64,000 nucleotides of DNA, taken from positions 75,392,001 to 75,456,000 of the forward strand of contig OZ260663.1 in NCBI GenBank assembly GCA_965285935.1, given 5' to 3'. Under the pieces are notes generated by a model that was not told the origin of the DNA, did no database searches, and worked only from the letters and a program-made list of their open reading frames with translations. Source of the stretch: Ophelia neglecta. Its lineage: Eukaryota. Shown here piece after piece: positions 1-13,412 of the stretch. Position 1 is the first letter of the stretch. The number at the start of each line of letters is the position of its first letter. The translations under genes and the position numbers were made by a program.

Positions 1-304
1 GTGAACTATGAATACTCCACCTTACCAATACTGCTCACTGCTTTCCCCTGCACATGATAGCATGCCATAAAAAATCTATTAATTGGGCCAAATAAGCCGT
101 TTAAGCCAGTGAGAATCTATATTCTTTTCGATGTCAGGGAGCTAGGTTTCAAACCAAGGCCAAGCTTATTATTACACGATTCCGAATGGCCAAAAATACA
201 TACCACACTTAGTCTGACATTTCTTAGCCCTTACTGTCTTTGCTCTTCCATGGTGTTCCCAGAACTAGATGAAACTACACCGCGCTGTGCAGCCGCGTAG
301 CAGT
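1..304 (-). pseudogene. Decayed family copy (5' part of exon 2; runs off the left edge of the window)
   Basis: Collinear with the exon 2 5' end of the 52.7 kb gene: acceptor ttctag|actgct at 305-306, upstream ATG at 251 (MEEQRQ*), main-ATG equivalent gaa ATG tca at 220 followed by TAA two codons later, and gatgtcagggag matching gatgcgttcagggag (SLNAS codons). Confidence 0.55.
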
Positions 305-1320
305 CTAGAACATTTACACTGTTAAAACTGCTTGGCGCTATCTGAACTTTAAATACAATTCACAAATATAAGGCACTTTGACATTTCCATTTGCTTACCA
401 AGAAAAAAAGCACTAAGGCGATATCATTTAAGATGGGGCATAATACTGTATGTATAAGTTGCATTACACCGAGACATTATTGTTTAATCAAGTTATAAAA
501 CACCGATATTGCACATGTCCTAGAGTGGCCTACGCTTTATCGGATACATATTGTTGAACAACTGATTTAATATTAACAATTACCATTTACCTTAGCCTAG
601 CGGAAAGACCAAAATAAGAAAAGCAATTTTTTAAATCAATCGTCATTTGCAGAAAATAATCGGATAACACTGATTAAATTACTTGTATTTTTCAAAATAT
701 GTATATTATTTTTCTCCAGTGGTCTTGTAATTTAATAATGTATTTAGTGATTTCTCGATGTGTCAATCGCGCGTGATAACAAGGGAAATTCAAAATTGAA
801 AGAACCGGGAAAGGTCCTATTGCCTGGTTTCATTGATCCCCTTATTGGGCAGTTAATACCCGCGAGTAGATAAAAGGCCGGTGAGCAGGATATGGGAAAG
901 GATACTCGATAAAAACAAACGGCTACCTATTAATGTGCTGTGCTGCAGATGCTGTGGCACGCTGTGTATTTTAGCATGACTGAGGCCGGGGGTAGGGTAG
1001 GGTAGGTAAGCCATCTCCAGACCATACCAGCAGTACAGCAAAGTACCTTTCAGATAGCCAAACAAACTTAGTTTACTTTTAACTAGTATTTATTAAAAAT
1101 TGTATTAGTCAGACACCATACTTCAGAATCAGCACTCAAAACAAAGGAGTCGAAAGCACAAAAATAGAAACCGAGGGAATCCAACTACTAGATAGCGGAT
1201 TGCTGTACTTTCAGTGGTGGATATATGGTTGATTGATGTTTTAATTAGAAAACTAGCTATCCGATTTACTTTTCTCTTTTTTTGTCTACGCACACTAATG
1301 CCACGGCTGTCTTCTGTAAT

Positions 1321-1470
1321 TATATTCCCACTGGGTAGATCATAACTGGATAACAATTACTTAAAAAGTAATTTATGTGTGATATTCAAATTTGGCAGAT
1401 TATTTCACTCAAGTTGTTCAATTTGATGATGGATTAAAAGTTATTTCCCACTAGGTAGATCATAACTGGT
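1321..1470. repeat. Short direct repeat, about 28 bp, period 120
   Basis: ttcccactgggtagatcataactgg (1325) vs ttcccactaggtagatcataactgg (1445). Confidence 0.7.
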
Positions 1471-1679
1471 GTGTCTGATATTGCTTTTCTGCTAGTACGT
1501 GGTTGTAAGTTTAAATTAGATGATCAGTTTTGGCCTTTGGGAAGATCCGAAGTCATTGTACTACTCCTAGCTTCAATACATCTGCGTATTATAACTTGCC
1601 CCTACCGTCAATGTAATCATTTTTTTTCAGCATTCCCAAGATTGCTAGCTTCAAAGCACAAACTAGCAAACATCACATT

Positions 1680-2010
1680 TATTGGCCTTGATTCGGTCTC
1701 AGGCATTGCATTTGTATCTTCTTCCTCTTGCTTTCATCGACTTCTACTAGTTTGGCAAGATGCCATTTTTACATGTAGTATGGCGGTCAAATAAGCATAT
1801 ACAGATGGAGAAGGAATACAGTTGATAGAAATATAGCAGGCGGGTCGCCGATGTTAATACACTTGCTGTTACATGTTGCACAATTTCGTGCCATGCAAGC
1901 AAAATTGATCATCTTCCGTTCCTTCTCTTAGGAAAATGATGTGCGACGAATTGCCAAGGAGCAGGTAATAAACCAGGTCTCATTTTTGTCTGAGAGTCAA
2001 TTGCAGTGGT
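1680..2010 (-). other. Conserved upstream block B, copy 1 (putative exon 1/regulatory block of type-B units)
   Basis: Aligns with 23260-23580, 33040-33250, 47800-48120 and weakly 60780-60920, e.g. cagatggaga...gcgggtcgccgatgttaatacacttgctgttacatgttgcacaatttcgtg. A donor-like cctacc lies at about 1601-1606. Confidence 0.7.
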
Positions 2011-2319
2011 ACGTTCTAGAATATAATAATGCCTTACTAGAAATCCTTACATACTAATCAGTCTTATCCCTTATCAGAACTAAACAGAAATGGAGGGAAA
2101 TGGATTACAGTATGACTGAACAATTATCGAAACGAGGGATGAATAATAAATGGGTAAGTGGGGTATGTACTTCGCAGTGATAATTTAGAATGTAGTTATT
2201 CACAAGAAGCCGAAAGCACCGTTCGAAAGCCACGTTCTTGCAGTGAGTTTGGTGTAGCTATGACTGACAGAGAGCATCCTGCGGATAGTCAGCCGACCTA
2301 GAAACACCAACTCGATGTG

Positions 2320-2420
2320 AAGGCGCTGAACAAATCTTATTTTCAGCCGCAAACTTATCATCTTTGCTATCTGGTTGGTCACCACATGAACTAATCCAGT
2401 TTTAGATCAGTCCGCACCGT
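2320..2420 (-). promoter_or_regulatory. Remnant of the family's shared distal upstream element
   Basis: aatcttatttt...gctatctggttggtca resembles aatcttatttc...gctattgattggtca at about 56183-56221 and the equivalent at about 44538-44575. Confidence 0.45.
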
Positions 2421-5039
2421 TTCATCGCCTTTTCTTTATTAATTAATGTACTTTGTATTCTCGGTATCAATTCCCTGTTTTATACAGCCAACCAATTTAG
2501 CTCCAGGTTGCACCTATTAAATATGACTTAATAATTTTGTAAAGTTGCAATAAAGTCTATACACTAGTTTCAAAACAGTTGTCAGTCAATATCCCTTAGG
2601 TGGAGAGTGCAATGAAGTGTCGACATAGGACGTTATGTACATGACGGAAAGTCTTCCTGTGAAATATACCAATGGCCAATGGCATGTTCGCATTTAGGCC
2701 TATAGTTGGTGACTGTTTCATATAACAGAATTCAAAGTCGCCATGCATTACCCCACAAGGCAGAATATAGCTATACATGGGAATCTGTAACACCTCCTTT
2801 ATCAATTCTTCTGGAAGGACGAAACATCCCATGTGTTGCCTTCTGGAAGCAAAAACCTTCTGTGTTCATACGCATTCTAAGTCGTGTCTTATTATTTGTG
2901 AACCTTGATTGCACGTTTTCTCAAAAATGTCACATGTAATGGTTTGTGTTAGCAACTTTAGACAGTTTTTCAAACAGTTAATATTGCTCACTGGAGGTTT
3001 AGATATGGCAACGACCGTACTCGCATTACATGCTGGCGTACATTTAAGGAGTATGACGTGTTTAAACGCCAAGCATGTTTCCTCTATAATGATGCATGAT
3101 GATGACTTCTTAATAAATCCTAAATGACGTTAGCAAGCACACACCTGCCTGGTTGCATTTATGAAAGCTCATTCAAATTAAGCAATATTTAATGGACACG
3201 GAACATTGTATGCAAACAGACAAACTGAAGCTCAAAAGCACTCTCAAATTAAATAATTAGATAGTCTTCGTACTACGTGGCGTAATGGAATTTTATAGTC
3301 ATAGGCTTCAAACCGGGAAAACCAAATGGTTGCAAATAAATGTAATACTGTAAATACTCTGTTTATCGGCTAAATAGTAGATTGAGGCTAGAAGACTTTC
3401 GAACACATTATATCTTCTTCGATTCTTTTCATAAGCATGCATTTCGCTTTCCAAGTTAAGTCACGCACTTTTGTATGTGTCAAAATAACCATTTTATTAC
3501 CTACATTTTTTTCTTCAAAATTGGGCAGCAACAATATCTTATATTTCTTCAATTTTAGCTCAAAACAAATCTTCTACAAAAATTGCAGTATCCCTGTTCT
3601 CATGACATAACGAGGTATGGAGGAAAGCAACGGAATTTAAAATTATTTATGAATGATACATAAATGATCACCACTTCAGTACGTGGAGACTGTAATTTGT
3701 ATTCAAAGGTTTTATGAAAATCATCTGTGTTGCATAAAGTACTTCTCACATTCTCAACAAGTTCGCAATTTACTACCAGGGAAAAAAGTCTAATTAAATT
3801 GATTTAATAATTTCGCTGTTGCTGTCAAAAGCAGCTTGGCACATTTTTCAGGGAAAGTCAACGTCCCATTCACCGAAGACCATCCAGACACACTCAAAGC
3901 TATATAATCATTGCAAGCCATTCGCTTGACAATGTGATGTTTGATAAGAACAAACTGCGCATCTGTTTTATACTGATATAACATCTTTGTTACCAATGCC
4001 AGTGTTCAGTCACACAGCAATCTTGACTGCTTCACATTACATAGTTAACATTGCATTGCGCTGATCCGGGAAATACAATGTCTTTTTACAGCTTAAGTAT
4101 ACAGGAATCTGTAACGTTTTTTTGTCTGGTCTTGCGTTTTTGACACGAATTCACCTGTAGTCCAAAACAAGAGAGGTTCTTGTCCATCAAACATTCTTCA
4201 AGGACATACATCATTTCTACCATTCGTTCACACTAACTCGCTTTGTTTTGTACCCTGATTCACACCATGGAAACATGTTGACTACTTCTGTGTCCAAGCA
4301 ATATCATATTTTAAGTTTATCATTATGTTACAAGTTTGTTTACAGGTAGGGGACTGGATACAGGACGTTTGTCAGCCTGACGTTGACGGTTCCTGATAAT
4401 ATCGAACAGAGTAGTTAACTATGTACTTGATATATAATAGTTTGCATTGTCAACCGAGTATCCAATCTCGCTTTTACAGTATTTCTCTGGTTGTTTATCG
4501 CAATTTTTTCGAATTATAGATAATTTTTCGGTCTTTAAAGTCACACAAGGTTTGCTGTGACGATGTAGTCGTGATAACTATATAAGCCAGCCGATATCGT
4601 TATGAAATACATTAACTACTACCTCCTTTCAGTTCCTCGGCTATGTAAAAAGCAAAAACCAACCAATCACTCTGTTTGGAATTTTTCTCGCTGACTACAG
4701 TTGATTTAAATATCGTTGCTCTTAACACATAGGCCTATGTATTCGGGTAAATGATAAACAACTAGGGAGAATCCGAGGAAAGAACTAACAACACATTGAT
4801 AGTTTTGCTGGATTATATATTTGTCTTTTTGTATAGTTGTATAAAGGCGCCCGGCAAATTTGCCAAACGTATTATTTAAGGATTGTCTAGTATGTTGATT
4901 ATTTTGGCCAAAAGTATGCACAACAGTGTCACTATAAATATATATTAGTATGTGTGTGTCTGACATATTAAAGCCTAATTTGCCTGGCGAGCTGGATGAG
5001 GATTGTCTCGGTAAGAACATTTCATAGCAAGGCGTAAAT

Positions 5040-5689
5040 CTTAGATAGCCAGGATGCTGTCTACTATTCATAAGGCAAACTACACCAGGATTTCAGCGGC
5101 GAATACATATGCACCACAAGGAATTCATTGTCTCACAGGGCTCGACATCGGAGGCTGAATATTGAATTTTCCTTTCTACATTCTATGGCGCCAGGAGAAT
5201 GAACATGCTTTGTTGATATCCTTAGCTACTTTCAGAAGTATTTCTGAAATGCCCAGTACACTGAAGCAGAATCCCAACGAATTAGTAGCTTAGTTGCCAG
5301 GGAATTATTATCGGCAAACCATTTTCCTTGGATAAAATCGCTTTCGGTGAACATGAAAGACCTGCGAGCGAGAGCCTGACTTGACGTTATCACGTTATCA
5401 GTCAGTTGTTAAAACAAGATAGGAATTCCGCGCCAGATTTCTTGAGTGGAAGATCAAAGAGATTTGTCTTAAAAATCCAAATACACGTAAGCGGACAACA
5501 AAATCCATAACGATACAAAGTACGCCGTGACGTCACCAATGGAAGAAAATCTGTCATGCCTGTGTATTTATCTGGTAGTATTTCCGCTGGGACACCATAT
5601 TTCAATCGGGCACTACAATATAGCTTCTCAAATACAAAATCCTTTCTGCTAATGGTTACAACGACGAAAAACAGGGTACGCACTATTGG
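5040..5689 (-). other. Putative 3' UTR of gene copy A, alignable with that of copy F
   Basis: Segments such as gaacatgaaagacc..cgagcg and agataggaattc recur at 52140-52530 downstream of copy F. Confidence 0.55.
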
Positions 5690-6154
5690 CTACACCTTGC
5701 TGACCTCGTGAAGCAGTGGCATGGTTACCCCGGAAAACGTGTTCTCGTACTCGTCATCCAGGAAGATGCTGGGTTTATAAATGTGATTGTAATGTTCCTG
5801 GGCGTTGTGTGTGCACTGGTGTGTCTGCTCGGGCTGGTCTTCCCTGTCATGGAGAACCCCATAATGACGCGAGCGTCGATTACACTGGTAGTAAGCAATG
5901 GCCAGCAGCACCAGAGCGGTGAGGGTTGCTAGCACCAGACCCCCCACAAGATAGGTATGAGAATTGTACAAATAATGCATATTTATTGGCTCTCGTTCTC
6001 TCACGTCTTTACTGAAAATCATCGTTACCACCGTGGATGTTTTCTTCCTTATAACCACTCCATTTCGAATGGTCGTGGACGATCTTGTTAGTGCGGGTGT
6101 TGTCACTGTCATTGAGGCGTTCAGGGATAACATAGAAACATTTTCAAATGGCAT
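5690..6154 (-). CDS. Copy A: uncharacterised 154-aa single-pass membrane protein with Tyr-motif tail and C-terminal PDZ-binding-like SKV
   Basis: Intact ORF homologous to two other intact ORFs. Hydrophobic segment YLVGGLVLATLTALVLLAIAYY followed by CNRRSR; tail HIYKPSIFLDDEYENTFSGVTMPLLHEVSKV; splice acceptor gttacag|g at 6281-6280. Confidence 0.85.
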   Translation of the reverse strand: MPFENVSMLSLNASMTVTTPALTRSSTTIRNGVVIRKKTSTVVTMIFSKDVREREPINMHYLYNSHTYLVGGLVLATLTALVLLAIAYYQCNRRSRHYGVLHDREDQPEQTHQCTHNAQEHYNHIYKPSIFLDDEYENTFSGVTMPLLHEVSKV

Positions 6155-6180
6155 TTCCCTTGATGAAGACCTTAGGCGGA

Positions 6181-6213
6181 CTACAAAAGGTCAAAAAATA
6201 TTCTAATTCGCAT
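6181..6213 (-). promoter_or_regulatory. uORF (MRIRIFFDLL*) 59 nt upstream of the copy A start, out of frame
   Basis: ATG at 6213 lies inside predicted exon 2; the same 59-nt spacing occurs in copy F and in the 25.7 kb pseudogene. Confidence 0.6.
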
Positions 6214-9200
6214 GGAAATGGATCGTGGCAAGAGGATATCTCCTTGTCCCACTTACTTTCAGCCAGTTGTCAGCAGAACCTGTAACAGTCGAAGAACACT
6301 ATAAATATGTGTGTCATGAATAAGACAAAACATGAGCAAATGAAAAATATCACCATGAACGAAAGATACGGGCGAAAAAGTATATATGGCATACTGAATC
6401 TGTCTTTCTCCGGCGCCTTGAGATAAAAAACAACAACATTTGAATCGTTAACCACATTGTACATGTGCCGAAGAGCTCTTGGAGTCATCCAAGTTAGATA
6501 CAATAGTTGTAAATTATAATTTATGACAGGGATAGATCTCGGGCGGGAGGGAGCTCGGGGAGGCAAAAAACCAAGGCCTTGTTGCTCCCTGGCCCCAAGT
6601 GTTCTGGGACGTGTAGAACGGCGGAGATGTACTCGGGGTGAAGCTATTTCAGGCAGGACTTAAAGCTGCTGAAAGCTTCTCATAAATAAACAGGTTGATA
6701 AAATTAATTATGAGAGTTGCGTTCTATTGTAGGAGTACAGTAGGATTGGTTGATTGATATATGATATTCATAAGGCTTGGGCTTGAAAGCTGTGGTCTAA
6801 TGTTTTTATGAGAAATGGCTGTTATAACGACCGATTTTTGGCTGCTACCGCGATTTTCTTGGCTCCTGTCAGGGCAGGTAATTGCAGGTAATATGTCTTT
6901 TTATGGCAACTGTTGTTCTAAGTATATATTTGAAAATTTCAGTGGCACCAAATATTTTTTTCTCCGAGCAAAACTAATTCGTTGCATAAAAAACCTTATT
7001 TTATTTAATGTGCATTTATGTACATTTTGAGGATTTCAAGAATGTCTCAAAATAAGTATTTTTTGGTGTTTCCTTCAAATATCGTTTCATGTTAGATTCA
7101 GTAAACCCATTCATGATAATACATCTGGTCATTATTTTGAATGTCCATAGTAATAGTGTTGACAACAAAAGCAGGGCATGCGCAGTTTTAAGCATAATTT
7201 TGTTAATTTCAACCGTACTGGTCAGACCGGCAATAATTACTTACGTTTTGCTGGATAGTGACGCTTAAGTGGGCGATGGAGAGACTAATGCACGGTACGA
7301 ACCATGGGGGGTGGGGGGGGGGGGGCGGTCACGATGCCATCGCTATACTGCAAGAGGCTCTCTAATACGCATAATATACAGATGCTAGCTCCTTGTGTAT
7401 CCAATAGGAATGTATACATCGAGATCCTGACTAGTAGAACATCTGTATTATTTCTAGCAGTGTTATCTGCTTAAATTTCACCTTTATCACATGCATGTCT
7501 CACGTTAGCTGAATAATTTGCAAAACCTTTCGCATTTAAATTTAGAATAGGTAATTAATAATCGCTTGCAAAAGAGAAATGTTTCGCAAACAAGGCAAGG
7601 CGGAAGTGGAATTTTCAATGATAATCGTATCAGTAATTTTAGGGTGAAATATATATTAAAAGCGAACAAAAGAAACAAAAAACATCTTTTAAAAAGAGCG
7701 AGTTGAAACGACCAAGCCAAAACGGAAAATAGTTTATCAAAATTGGACTCTTCATGCCAAATTGTTCAACATTCATCGATCGGAATGGTGGAACGCAAAC
7801 TATGAAAAATTATATGCCTATAAATATACAAACAAATTGTAAAAATATGGAATGCTGTTAGTCATATGTCCATGTCTCCGCATCAAAACTGCAATTCTTA
7901 CAATGAAGCACCTTTTTAAATAGTGTATATACATTAAGCCGGTGTAAAAAGGTCACTTTTGATATTTACTCGACCATGAAGCACCGAGCTATCACAAAAC
8001 ATGACTTTATCAAATAATCATTTGTACTCCTCCATGAAACTGCAAAAATAAAAGCTTTAAATAGCAACTTAGAAATATAATCCACGTTTAAACCAGGTAT
8101 CAAGAAAGTGATCAATAGGCAACAATCGGGTATCAACGACCGATAGGTATTTTGCAATTGTAAAATACATTTTTCATTAAGAATAAAACTCAATTTTAAA
8201 CAAAATCCTACTCAGGACAGTAACACGTTCAACGATTGAAGCTCCAATATTCTTAGATCAAACGTTATTTATGATGCGCGAGATCACTTGTCTAAAATTA
8301 AAGAGGCAATAATAATTTTTCTGAGCCAAGAAATTGATGGGACATGGGCATGGTACTCGCATTCCCTTCTAAATAATACCGTTCTTATTTTGTTCAATAA
8401 AAGCTAGACCAGACATCGCTGCTCACGTCACTCTCCTGAGCTTTTGAAGAAGGCTTATAATCATATAAGTGACATGCAACAAGTTTAAATTTAGATGATT
8501 TTCCGGTAGTGTCATAAGGTTACAATCTTGTTTTTAGACTCAACACAATGACGTCATTTTTAGCCAACAGCTACCCGTAGCATAGCGGAAAGAAGGAATA
8601 CTGCATGATTAATGTCAGGAGTAAAATACTAAGGCGTGCCCGGTTTCTTCTTTGCCGATGAAATAGTGCATGGTTTATCAGGATTCAAGCTGCGGTATTA
8701 GGGCCGTTTTCCAAACAAAACCGTGCACGACGTCTGAGGTGAAGGCAACATGGACGGAGCAATAATAAGGTTCGGAACAAAGTTAATCTTACCACAATAA
8801 AAGAAAGTCATGGGTATATAAGACTCGTAATCTTTCTAATAAAAACACAAAACACAATGTGAGATATACCCATGCCGTTCAAACACTTCTTGCCGCCCCG
8901 GTGTCACTGTTGGTTATCAGACCCCTGCGGAGATACATGTATAAATGTAGTTCAAGGGATAAGTCCATGTATAGTGTACTAAAAACCTAACTTGCTTAAC
9001 GTAATGCCCATGTAGGTGACCGAAATCCCGTTACATAGGACTCTCTGCACGCTAAACTTAGGTAAACATTTCTGAGTATTGTCAATTCTACTGCATGGTC
9101 ATTTGAAAATTGGGGGGGGGGGGGGCAGAGGAGGCAAGTATATATTAGAAAAACAAGTTGGTTTTCATATTGAAGAAAAAAAAGTTTCTTAGGTTCAGGC

Positions 9201-10408
9201 ACCCTCCTCCTACATCCTCTAGAATGCCCGCTGACATCCAAGAGCTAGCCCCCCCCCCCCCAACTCCTTAATAAGCGTTGCTTATAAGCTACGAGACTGC
9301 ATTCAAGATAAAATGGAGCACATCTTTATAAACACCCCCTTTTCCACTGATTTGCTGTAAAATAACTAGTCTTTCATCACGAAAACACTTAATCCTGAAA
9401 GGCACATTAAAAAACGTTTCAAAATGAACTATTTTTTTGGCTAAGGAAAGCAAATGCTTAATAATTTCCTTTTGGGATGGTGTTTCAAACGGCGAAATAA
9501 AACAAATCAACATAATAAAAACAACCATTGCCACCTGCTGTCCCCCCACTGCAGTCTGCAAATCAGGCTGAAAAATACCTGTTCTTGTATAATTTCGCAA
9601 AGTATCTTCAGGTTGATGCGGAAATGTGAAGTGGAGAAAAACTAAATTTTTCTGGAAATGGGAACGATCATTTAATTTGCTTTTAGGAAGCGCGGACCCT
9701 CGGGTGACAAAGACCCAATATGAAAACGCAGGTGGCCCCACAGGTAGCTTTAACCGCCTAAATATGGCCTTGTTGTGCATAGGTCCTTACGACATTAATC
9801 GTCCCAATTACACCCGTGGATAACAACAGATTTGATGATCACAATAATTTCACGTTGTTTTGCAGGATGGGCCGAAGTGATAATAGTACTCACAGATATT
9901 ATCATGAATGTCTTCAAACGCCCTCAGACGTTATTAAAGTTTATAGTATTATGGTTTGCAGCTTGTGGTTAAAAACAAACGTGTTCACAGCAATTTTCAT
10001 GTCGGAATATTTACTCCTCTATCCACTTCAATAACTAGGCGTTGATGACACAAAGGAACCTTCCCTTATTTAAGCGTTTGAATCTGCATCCGATAATGAG
10101 GGTTTTTATTGATAAGCAATGATGTGACGTGAATAAGACTAGGAAGGGGGGGGGGGGGGGCAATGGCATCTGCCTTGACAAAGTATCTATCATAGAAACT
10201 CGACTACCCTCATACTCCGCTTCCATGTTGACTGTTTTCTCACCTCTCAGTGTAAGCAGGTGCATCCCTGCAGGACATTAACCTGCAATAAAGACCTGCA
10301 TTTTTACTCGTCAACGGGCCCTTTGTAAGCGGCAAGTTACCGAGAGCTGCTCATGGCAACTCCCTAACACCCTGCCTGTCTATTCCTATTACACCTAAGA
10401 TTGCCTAC

Positions 10409-10800
10409 CTTTTGTTGGTTGTGGTCTACATAGTCCTCTCCCTTTTAAAATATGCTCACGATTCTCCAGTCGGTGTCAATACTGATCAAATAAGTCAGCT
10501 TTGTTGTGATCATATAAGAGCCTTTCGGTGCCTTAGTATTTTTTCTTTATTGCCACTCCCAGCAATTGTAGTCCGGTTTGTATGCGTCTGAGTGTAAAAA
10601 CATCCTGAGACCAGCTTGCTTGGCTTCTCTTTGGTATCTAGGCGTGTGTACCGCAATGCTGGCGGATAAATCACCAGAGAAGTTGATTTTGGGTCCTTGT
10701 TAAGCGGATTTTGCGAATCAAGTGAGCAATTGGTGGAACGCAAAAAAAGACAATTGTTAGAAGCTGTGGATGGCGGAATGCTGGCGCTGCCAGTGAATCC
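10409..10800 (-). other. Putative non-coding exon 1 of copy A (5' end uncertain); intron 6280-10408
   Basis: Donor AAAG|GTAGG at 10408, at the same relative position as donors at 43761, 55421 and 27664. Confidence 0.55.
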
Positions 10801-10819
10801 AATCAGGCGGTCACTCGGC

Positions 10820-11350
10820 AATCTAACGCGATGGCCGGGAGTTGTGAGAAGATGGGCTGTCAAGTCCGCCGCCCGAGCCATGCTCCTCTAAGCACATTAT
10901 ACCAGCAGCGTTTTGGAGCACATTAACAAGCATGAAACAGCATACCACACAGAGTAGTCATGCCATAGGGACCAACAAGCCTACGGCAACCGCGTAGGAG
11001 TGAGGCCAAAGCACAGCCTTGTTTGTAGAGAAACTGGGCCCTAAGGTTTGAGAGACAATACAACTAAATCCCAACACCATGCTCTGTTCCACTTAAGACA
11101 CAGCTGACTATTATTTGATATTCGAAAAGTCTTATTTCGGTGGTACCTTATTGAAAGCGCAATGGTTCTTCGCAGCACAGAACCAGCAGATGCCAATCGG
11201 GCTTGCCTCCCGTTTAACTAATCACTTCAAAACATAGGCATGACTATTTCAATTGGCTCAATAACGAGCAGTAGATAGCTACGTGCATGCTCAATGAAAA
11301 TAAGACACAAAGATGGAAACTGATAACATAGAAATCCCATCAGTTGAACA
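10820..11350 (-). promoter_or_regulatory. Type-A promoter of copy A with a conserved core (10846-10874)
   Basis: gagaagatgggctgtcaagtccgccgccc is identical at 44207-44235 and has one mismatch at 55871-55899. On the minus strand it contains GGGCGG and TGACAG. About 500 bp further upstream is also alignable. Confidence 0.7.
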
Positions 11351-12730
11351 AATAATAATTTTGTTATGGATGCTTTATACATTTAGAACGGAAGTGACTA
11401 AGATGTGTATCAAGTAGCCTGGAAGTATCACCGTCTATTGTAGACGAATTTGAAAACCCCACCCAAATATGTACTCGGAACAAAAAAAAGAGAAGATAAC
11501 GATTTTTCACACAACACTGGTTACTTTGAAGCCGAGATTAGTCGAACAGCTTCGATTAAGGAACCTCCAATACGGCCATTTTAGACTTGCCAATAACAAA
11601 TTTTTAGTAGGTCTTAGAACCAGCCTATTCACTTCTTTCTTTACCAGATTGATCGGATGCAAGCTAGGCAGCAGGGTGGATATCAATGGAGAGTCGTCCT
11701 GTTGGCCCCCTGTATTCAACGCAGCTCATCCTGTTAAGCCTAAAGATGGCGGGACTAAAATGAAATGCGATCGTGAAATCAGCCTTTGATCACATTAGAA
11801 GACTCACAAGAATATCATTGAGTCGGTTTAAGCAGAATAACTTACTGAGCTCCTTTGAATATTATTGATATGCATTGGCACTGTTGTGCTGCGGTCAATG
11901 CAGCATTCGGTAGGCCTATTCGCCGTACAGTAGCGGATAAGGGTGTCTGTTAATATAGTTTACCAGTTGATATACTTATCTCAAAAATGCACAGGTTACC
12001 TGAAGCAGCCCACATAAGCTTAATTTCACAATTTGGTAGCGAGAATTATGGCACTTAAATATATTTATCCTAGACCATTTCGGAAACAGACCACTCAGAA
12101 ACTCATGAACTACATGCATTGTACACCCATAATCAGTGACATTCAACAGCAACACTACCTATTAGCTCGTGTGTTTTCATGCGGTGCTTGATGAAAAATT
12201 TAAGGATGTTTCGCTTGAGCATTCCGCTCAGTTCCACTCAGCTGCACTCGGCTTAATTGTTTGGCTTTTTCAGCATAAAATTTACTCCTTAAGCGCAAAG
12301 AAAAGGTATGGATATGCTTTTTAATGTATGTCATATAGTTTCGAAAAAAAGTATATATTGCTATTGTTTTCTCCGTGAGAAGTCTTTATATAAATGAATT
12401 GACCTTCATTGGAAACAATTTCTCTTTATTTAACATGTTAAGCTCAAAAATGACTTTCAGCACGTTATGTTAACATGGCAACCGACTTTATGTTGCTTAA
12501 ATTTCCCCTTCGTAGCTAATGCGTATTTGTTCGGAAAAAAGTTTGAAAATGATGCATGTCAACTGTCTTATTTTCATTACAATGCGACTGTTTATCGCCC
12601 AGGTTAAACGGATGACGCCACGTCCTCAATTTCGACATTGCAGATATTAGAAATGAATTATTTATCTGCAAAAAACGGAGTGACTTCCCGGAAGACAAGG
12701 CAAAGAATGCTCAGTTTTTTTCTCTCTTAA

Positions 12731-13412
12731 GGGAGTAGTGCACCATGTTGTCATAAAAAGGGGCAACAATTTAGAACTGATGACATTTAATTGCCCTTCC
12801 AAAGATGAACAGAATATATCAAGACATTAATTGGGAATAACTTTTCCTAACGGCAAAACGCGTTATCAGAGGGTCATGACTTAAAATATAGCATTTTAGC
12901 CCTTTTATTTTAGTTGTAAATACAATTGCAACACCCATAAATCGAGACCAACGTGGATTGGGCCACAAATGGGATATGTACCCACTTTACAATTTTTTTT
13001 AACATTTTTAAAAATTTCGAACAGTGCAAGTTCAATTGGATAGCCTTATAATAAGAAAATATATGTAGCCTCAATGGAAAGATGCTACATGAATTCAGAT
13101 TAAATTTAGGAAATAAAGCTGTAGGAATGTTAGAAGTATAAATGAATCTCTTAAAGCCAATTTAAATGTCTCACCGTTACAGTTCAAAAATCCTAAAATA
13201 TCATTCTTAGCCCTTACCCCCCTATATATTAAATAGATTTAGCTATAGATAATGACCTCCCAATGGGTACATACAGTTTTTTTTAGCTAACTTATATTGT
13301 CATGAGTGGATGTCAGTATGGTGGATGGTTCTGACTATCGTTAAAAGGCCAACTAAGTATCACCATCCTGCATTGTTGCCCCTTTTTCATGAAGGCCTGG
13401 TGGACTACCCCC
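12731..13412. mobile_element. Non-autonomous DNA transposon (Kolobok-like MITE), 682 bp
   Basis: Imperfect TIRs of about 40 bp (gggagtagtgcaccatgttgtcataaaaaggggcaacaat vs reverse complement gggggtagtccaccaggccttcatgaaaaaggggcaacaat), flanked by TTAA at 12727-12730 and 13413-13416. TTAA with purine-initial termini fits Kolobok rather than piggyBac. Confidence 0.8.

Noticed and set aside
2596-3130. PCG/THG-containing frames suggesting a KDZ-type transposase remnant
   Set aside because: Only 3-4 residue motifs in different frames with no termini; needs a profile search.
10510-10881. 123-aa ORF (and opposite-strand ORFs at 10697 and 44192) across the conserved core
   Set aside because: Reading frames are not preserved among the copies; the conservation is short and motif-like, not codon-like.
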